DNA from: a virus | Lineage: Duplodnaviria > Caudoviricetes | Direction: 5' to 3' (one strand) | IMG/VR virus record: IMGVR_UViG_3300037470_000073 | Location: 1-30,137 of that record | Length of the DNA: 30,137 nucleotides | In this document: positions 27,578-30,137 of the stretch, piece after piece | Position numbering within the stretch: position 1 is the stretch's first letter | Layout of the letters: every line of letters begins with the position of its first letter | Notes under the pieces: model-generated | The model's database searches: none | The model's input: the letters and a program-made list of their open reading frames with translations, nothing else | What the model was told of the DNA's origin: nothing | Made by a program: the position numbers and the translations under genes

Positions 27578-27764
27578 GTATGTCTTCGAGCCGGAGGTTT
27601 TCCAGCACTGCCGCGCTCGACCGCTCCCGCCCCCGCGAGGAGCTCCGCGCTCTGCTTGGTCCGACTACGCGGCCGACCTCCACGCCTGGGGCGCCGATTG
27701 CGAGGCCAAGGTCAAGGGCGGCGCTGATTGGGCTGCTGCTCATCGCATCGTCATTCACCGCTAG
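27480..27764 (+). CDS. o-spanin (Rz1-like lipoprotein), overlapping the i-spanin
   Basis: Lipobox LVTG-C, Pro-rich, further Cys residues; the start may be a few codons later. Confidence 0.8.
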   Translation: MLKALMSLLVLTSMILVTGCGTSTRVLTKSQIEYVFEPEVFQHCRARPLPPPRGAPRSAWSDYAADLHAWGADCEAKVKGGADWAAAHRIVIHR

Positions 27765-27782
27765 CTGTGAGCTACCAACGCT

Positions 27783-27813
27783 AAGGGGGCCTAGCTTTCG
27801 CTGGCCCCCTTTC
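27783..27813. terminator. Intrinsic terminator between convergent operons
   Basis: AAGGGGGCCTAGC-TTTC-GCTGGCCCCCTTT. Confidence 0.75.
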
Positions 27814-27857
27814 ACGCACGACACGCCCCCGATCATGCTCCGGTTTAAGACCCGGTT

Positions 27858-28358
27858 TTAGCCGCCCACCATTTGAGCTTTACGATCCGCCAGCCTTCTA
27901 ACCGTCTTGCGCTTCAACCCCAGTACCACCGGCACGTTAGCTTTGCGCCGTTCAAGCTTACTTCTACGGAGCGGCACCGGATCGTTGGTGGCGTAGCAGC
28001 CGCTGTTGCCATCACGTGATGTCAACGCCTCCACAACCTGCGTCTCCCCCGCGTCTTCGTCTTTGAGCATTCGCTCCAGACGCGCCAAGGCGTTCCAGGC
28101 GATCTGGCCTGCATGCTTCACCCCGCCATCTTCCTCGTTAACCGGGCCGCGCAGGGCTTCTTCCAGCAGATGCTTGCCGATCTTTTCCAAGTAGTAGTCG
28201 GCGGACTGGTCAAGATAGGTCATATCCCCCATGACGACCTTGTATTTCTTGACCCCGAATTCCGAGATGCGAGCAAGCTCGGCCATGGCGCGGGGGAACC
28301 GCAGGAAGGCCCCCAGCATCGGCTGCGTCTCCTTGGGAATGGCTCGCCCCTTCGTCAA
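27858..28358 (-). CDS. dATP/dGTP diphosphohydrolase-like protein (DUF5664)
   Basis: FPRAMAELARISEFGVKKY, KH and HAGQIAWNALA motifs; TTG start (TTGA overlap) with RBS GGGAG. Confidence 0.72.
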   Translation of the reverse strand: MTKGRAIPKETQPMLGAFLRFPRAMAELARISEFGVKKYKVVMGDMTYLDQSADYYLEKIGKHLLEEALRGPVNEEDGGVKHAGQIAWNALARLERMLKDEDAGETQVVEALTSRDGNSGCYATNDPVPLRRSKLERRKANVPVVLGLKRKTVRRLADRKAQMVGG

Positions 28359-28495
28359 ACCACAACTCCCACAGCCATTGAAACGCCGAACAGCGAGAAC
28401 GCGATTATATACTCGCCTGCTTCCACGTAGCCGGTATCCCAGGCAAACCATTGCTCGGTCTGGAAACCGATAGAGAACACGATATGAAACGCCAT
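28355..28495 (-). CDS. Small hydrophobic hypothetical protein (46 aa, MAFHIVFSIG...)
   Basis: Absent from the ORF track. TGATG coupling to the HD gene and TTGA coupling to the next gene fill the gap exactly. Confidence 0.6.
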   Translation of the reverse strand: MAFHIVFSIGFQTEQWFAWDTGYVEAGEYIIAFSLFGVSMAVGVVV

Positions 28496-29265
28496 CAGAA
28501 TTGGTATCCTTCCTCGTCAAGACCCGCCATCCGGGTCCACTTGTGATACCGCTTGAGCCACTCAAACTTAGCTCGCGTCGGCTGCCAAAGCTGGATCGTG
28601 ATCCCGTCCAGCGGCGGGTACTTGTCGTACGCCCACTCAAGCTGCGAGCGTTGAACGGCGCGCTTCTCGTGGTAGACGATCCGCACGTCGAGTTCCTTGA
28701 TCTTGTCCTTGAGGCGCTCGTATATCTTGGAATAGCCGTACTTGGCGGACAATACACCGTGCCACTTCTCTTCCAGCGGCTTGTAGCAGGGGCGTATGGC
28801 CGCCTTCAACGCCCTATGCTGGTCCTTCAGGATGAACTCAGGGGCGTCATGAAAAAGCACCGCAAGGCAGGCCACTGGGGACCATCCCAACTCTTGCTCC
28901 GCATAGTCGGCTAGTAGGACGCTATGTTCCGCCACTGAGTAATGGATTTCGACTGGGATTTGATCGCCGTAACGACCAGCTTTCGCAAGTCCGTTGGCAA
29001 CATCTCCAACATCGAAATCGCCGGGACGGGGGTCTTCGACGTATATTTCCCGCCCCGACAAGGATTGCGTCCACTCGCCAACGCGTTCACCAGTTTTGTC
29101 GATGTCATCCTTGTCCTCCAGATCGATCCGGCCATCAACCGGCTTACCGCCGTTGCCGGTCCAACTCATATCGGGGACATCACGTGATGCCCGAAGCGCC
29201 CGGCAGCCCGACAAGTGATCGGTTGTGCCGCCGCAGTAGACGCAGTGTGCGCCCATTAAGCCCAT
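28495..29265 (-). CDS. HD-domain phosphohydrolase (YfbR/YfdR-like 5'-deoxynucleotidase) with N-terminal Cys/His extension
   Basis: RY..Q...HYSVAEHS, LFHDAPE..D, D......EK; RBS GAGGAGG. Confidence 0.85.
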   Translation of the reverse strand: MGLMGAHCVYCGGTTDHLSGCRALRASRDVPDMSWTGNGGKPVDGRIDLEDKDDIDKTGERVGEWTQSLSGREIYVEDPRPGDFDVGDVANGLAKAGRYGDQIPVEIHYSVAEHSVLLADYAEQELGWSPVACLAVLFHDAPEFILKDQHRALKAAIRPCYKPLEEKWHGVLSAKYGYSKIYERLKDKIKELDVRIVYHEKRAVQRSQLEWAYDKYPPLDGITIQLWQPTRAKFEWLKRYHKWTRMAGLDEEGYQF

Positions 29266-29280
29266 CTTCCCCTCCTCGGG

Positions 29281-29523
29281 TTATTTCTTCTTCTGAGGCG
29301 TGGTGCGCCGCAAATGCGCGGTGTTATCCGGCATGCGGTTCGCCATCATGAAAACCTCGGGCTCGCCGTCTTTGCCCTTACGCATCTTCAGCTTGAACTC
29401 ATGCACGAGGCCGCAGTCACAGCACGCGATAACGTCGCGGCGGTTGGACTTACCCTCCCCGAACTTGAACCACTGGCCGTCGTAAATCTGCTCGTAATCG
29501 TCGGCTGGAATGACCTTCGCCAC
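29281..29523 (-). CDS. Small putative Zn-binding protein (80 aa, CCDCGLVH)
   Basis: GTG start coupled to the upstream TAG (TAGTG); RBS GGAG. Confidence 0.7.
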   Translation of the reverse strand: MAKVIPADDYEQIYDGQWFKFGEGKSNRRDVIACCDCGLVHEFKLKMRKGKDGEPEVFMMANRMPDNTAHLRRTTPQKKK

Positions 29524-30137
29524 TAGAACATCTCCGGGTTGACTGTGTTGCGGGAGACCTCGCCGTGCTCCCGATGGTAGGTGATCTGCTTCATCTCGCG
29601 CATGGATCGATAGCCCCGCTGCGCCGCCCACGCGTCCTGGGTAGCCAGCACCCGATGCTGCTCGACCTGAACCCCGATCATATCCCAGCGCGCCAGATGA
29701 TGCAGATGGCCGATGTGCCAGTAGCGATGCACAGTAGCGCCCCAGTCCTCTGGCACGTCGTTCGCCATGATCCCTGGCAACATATCGGGCTTGGTTCCGT
29801 GGCCGTGGTGCGAAGCCAGCAAGGTCTTGCCGAAGCGGTAATAGTGGTAGTGCTTCGGCGATATATCGACCGTGACGCGAGGCTCGTTCTCGTAAAAGCT
29901 TTCCAGCGACACCATCAGCCACACGGAGCTAGCCAAATCATGGTTGCCGATTTCCACAATGACGTGAACGTGCTGATGCTTCTGTAGCATCGTGGACACG
30001 GTAGCGCGTAGCGACCGCACCGCCGTCTTGACCATTTTTGGGAACCGCGTATCGCTGTCCAGGACGTGCTTGCTGGTAGGCGTGACCGCCGCGAAGCCGT
30101 CATAGTGCAGGAAGTCCCCCAGCACAAGCAGCAGCCC
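29523..30137 (-). CDS. Calcineurin-like metallophosphoesterase (5' end outside the window)
   Basis: LGDFLH, GNHD, HHGH and GHLHH motifs. Confidence 0.85.
   Translation of the reverse strand, partial: GLLLVLGDFLHYDGFAAVTPTSKHVLDSDTRFPKMVKTAVRSLRATVSTMLQKHQHVHVIVEIGNHDLASSVWLMVSLESFYENEPRVTVDISPKHYHYYRFGKTLLASHHGHGTKPDMLPGIMANDVPEDWGATVHRYWHIGHLHHLARWDMIGVQVEQHRVLATQDAWAAQRGYRSMREMKQITYHREHGEVSRNTVNPEMF

Larger units (their letters stand above)
245..29191. repeat. Dispersed 16-bp palindrome GNCATCACGTGATGNC (16 perfect copies, 2 variants)
   Basis: Copies at 245-260, 1112-1127, 2344-2359, 2972-2987, 4236-4251, 4487-4502, 4693-4708, 7321-7336, 9428-9443, 11580-11595, 14369-14384, 18430-18445, 21137-21152, 24666-24681, 28008-28023 and 29176-29191. 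Variants at 1600-1615 (GATGTCACGTGATGGC) and 5444-5459 (GACATCCCGTGATACC). Confidence 0.97.

Noticed and set aside
28359-28757. N-terminal part of the 299-aa ORF 27858..28757
   Set aside because: It overlaps the HD gene out of frame; a coupled 46-aa ORF plus a TTG start at 28358 explains the region better.
245-29191. Palindrome copies as a CRISPR array or transposon ends
   Set aside because: Spacing is 0.2-4 kb and irregular, the repeat is only 16 bp, and no cas gene, transposase or target-site duplication is visible.
29524-29922. N-terminal part of the 213-aa ORF 29281..29922
   Set aside because: It lies within the metallophosphoesterase gene in another frame; GTG 29523 has an RBS and stop-start coupling.
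1-30137. tRNA, rRNA, integrase or phage RNA polymerase genes
   Set aside because: None recognisable in this window, so lifestyle cannot be determined from it.

Overview
About 30 kb of a GC-rich tailed phage genome with a podovirus-type (BPP-1/T7-like) virion module; the host is probably alphaproteobacterial (inferred). The left ~4 kb is a leftward, probably early, operon: a T3-type SAM lyase-like protein, a transglutaminase-like cysteine peptidase, a basic DUF3102-like protein and hypotheticals. A ~800-bp non-coding divergent control region follows. A rightward late operon runs from 4889 to 27764: TerS, TerL, portal, scaffold, major capsid, cement and accessory proteins, tail tubular A/B, internal virion proteins, tail fibre, SPRY protein, holin, SAR endolysin and spanins. 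After a terminator come convergent nucleotide-metabolism genes (DUF5664-like, HD hydrolase, metallophosphoesterase). The most striking unexplained signal is a 16-bp palindrome, GNCATCACGTGATGNC, found in 16 perfect copies plus 2 variants across the whole window. It occurs in intergenic DNA, over start codons and inside genes (always read as Ser-Arg-Asp), and it shares the TCACGTGA core of bacterial parS. All protein calls come from motif recognition by eye, not from database searches.
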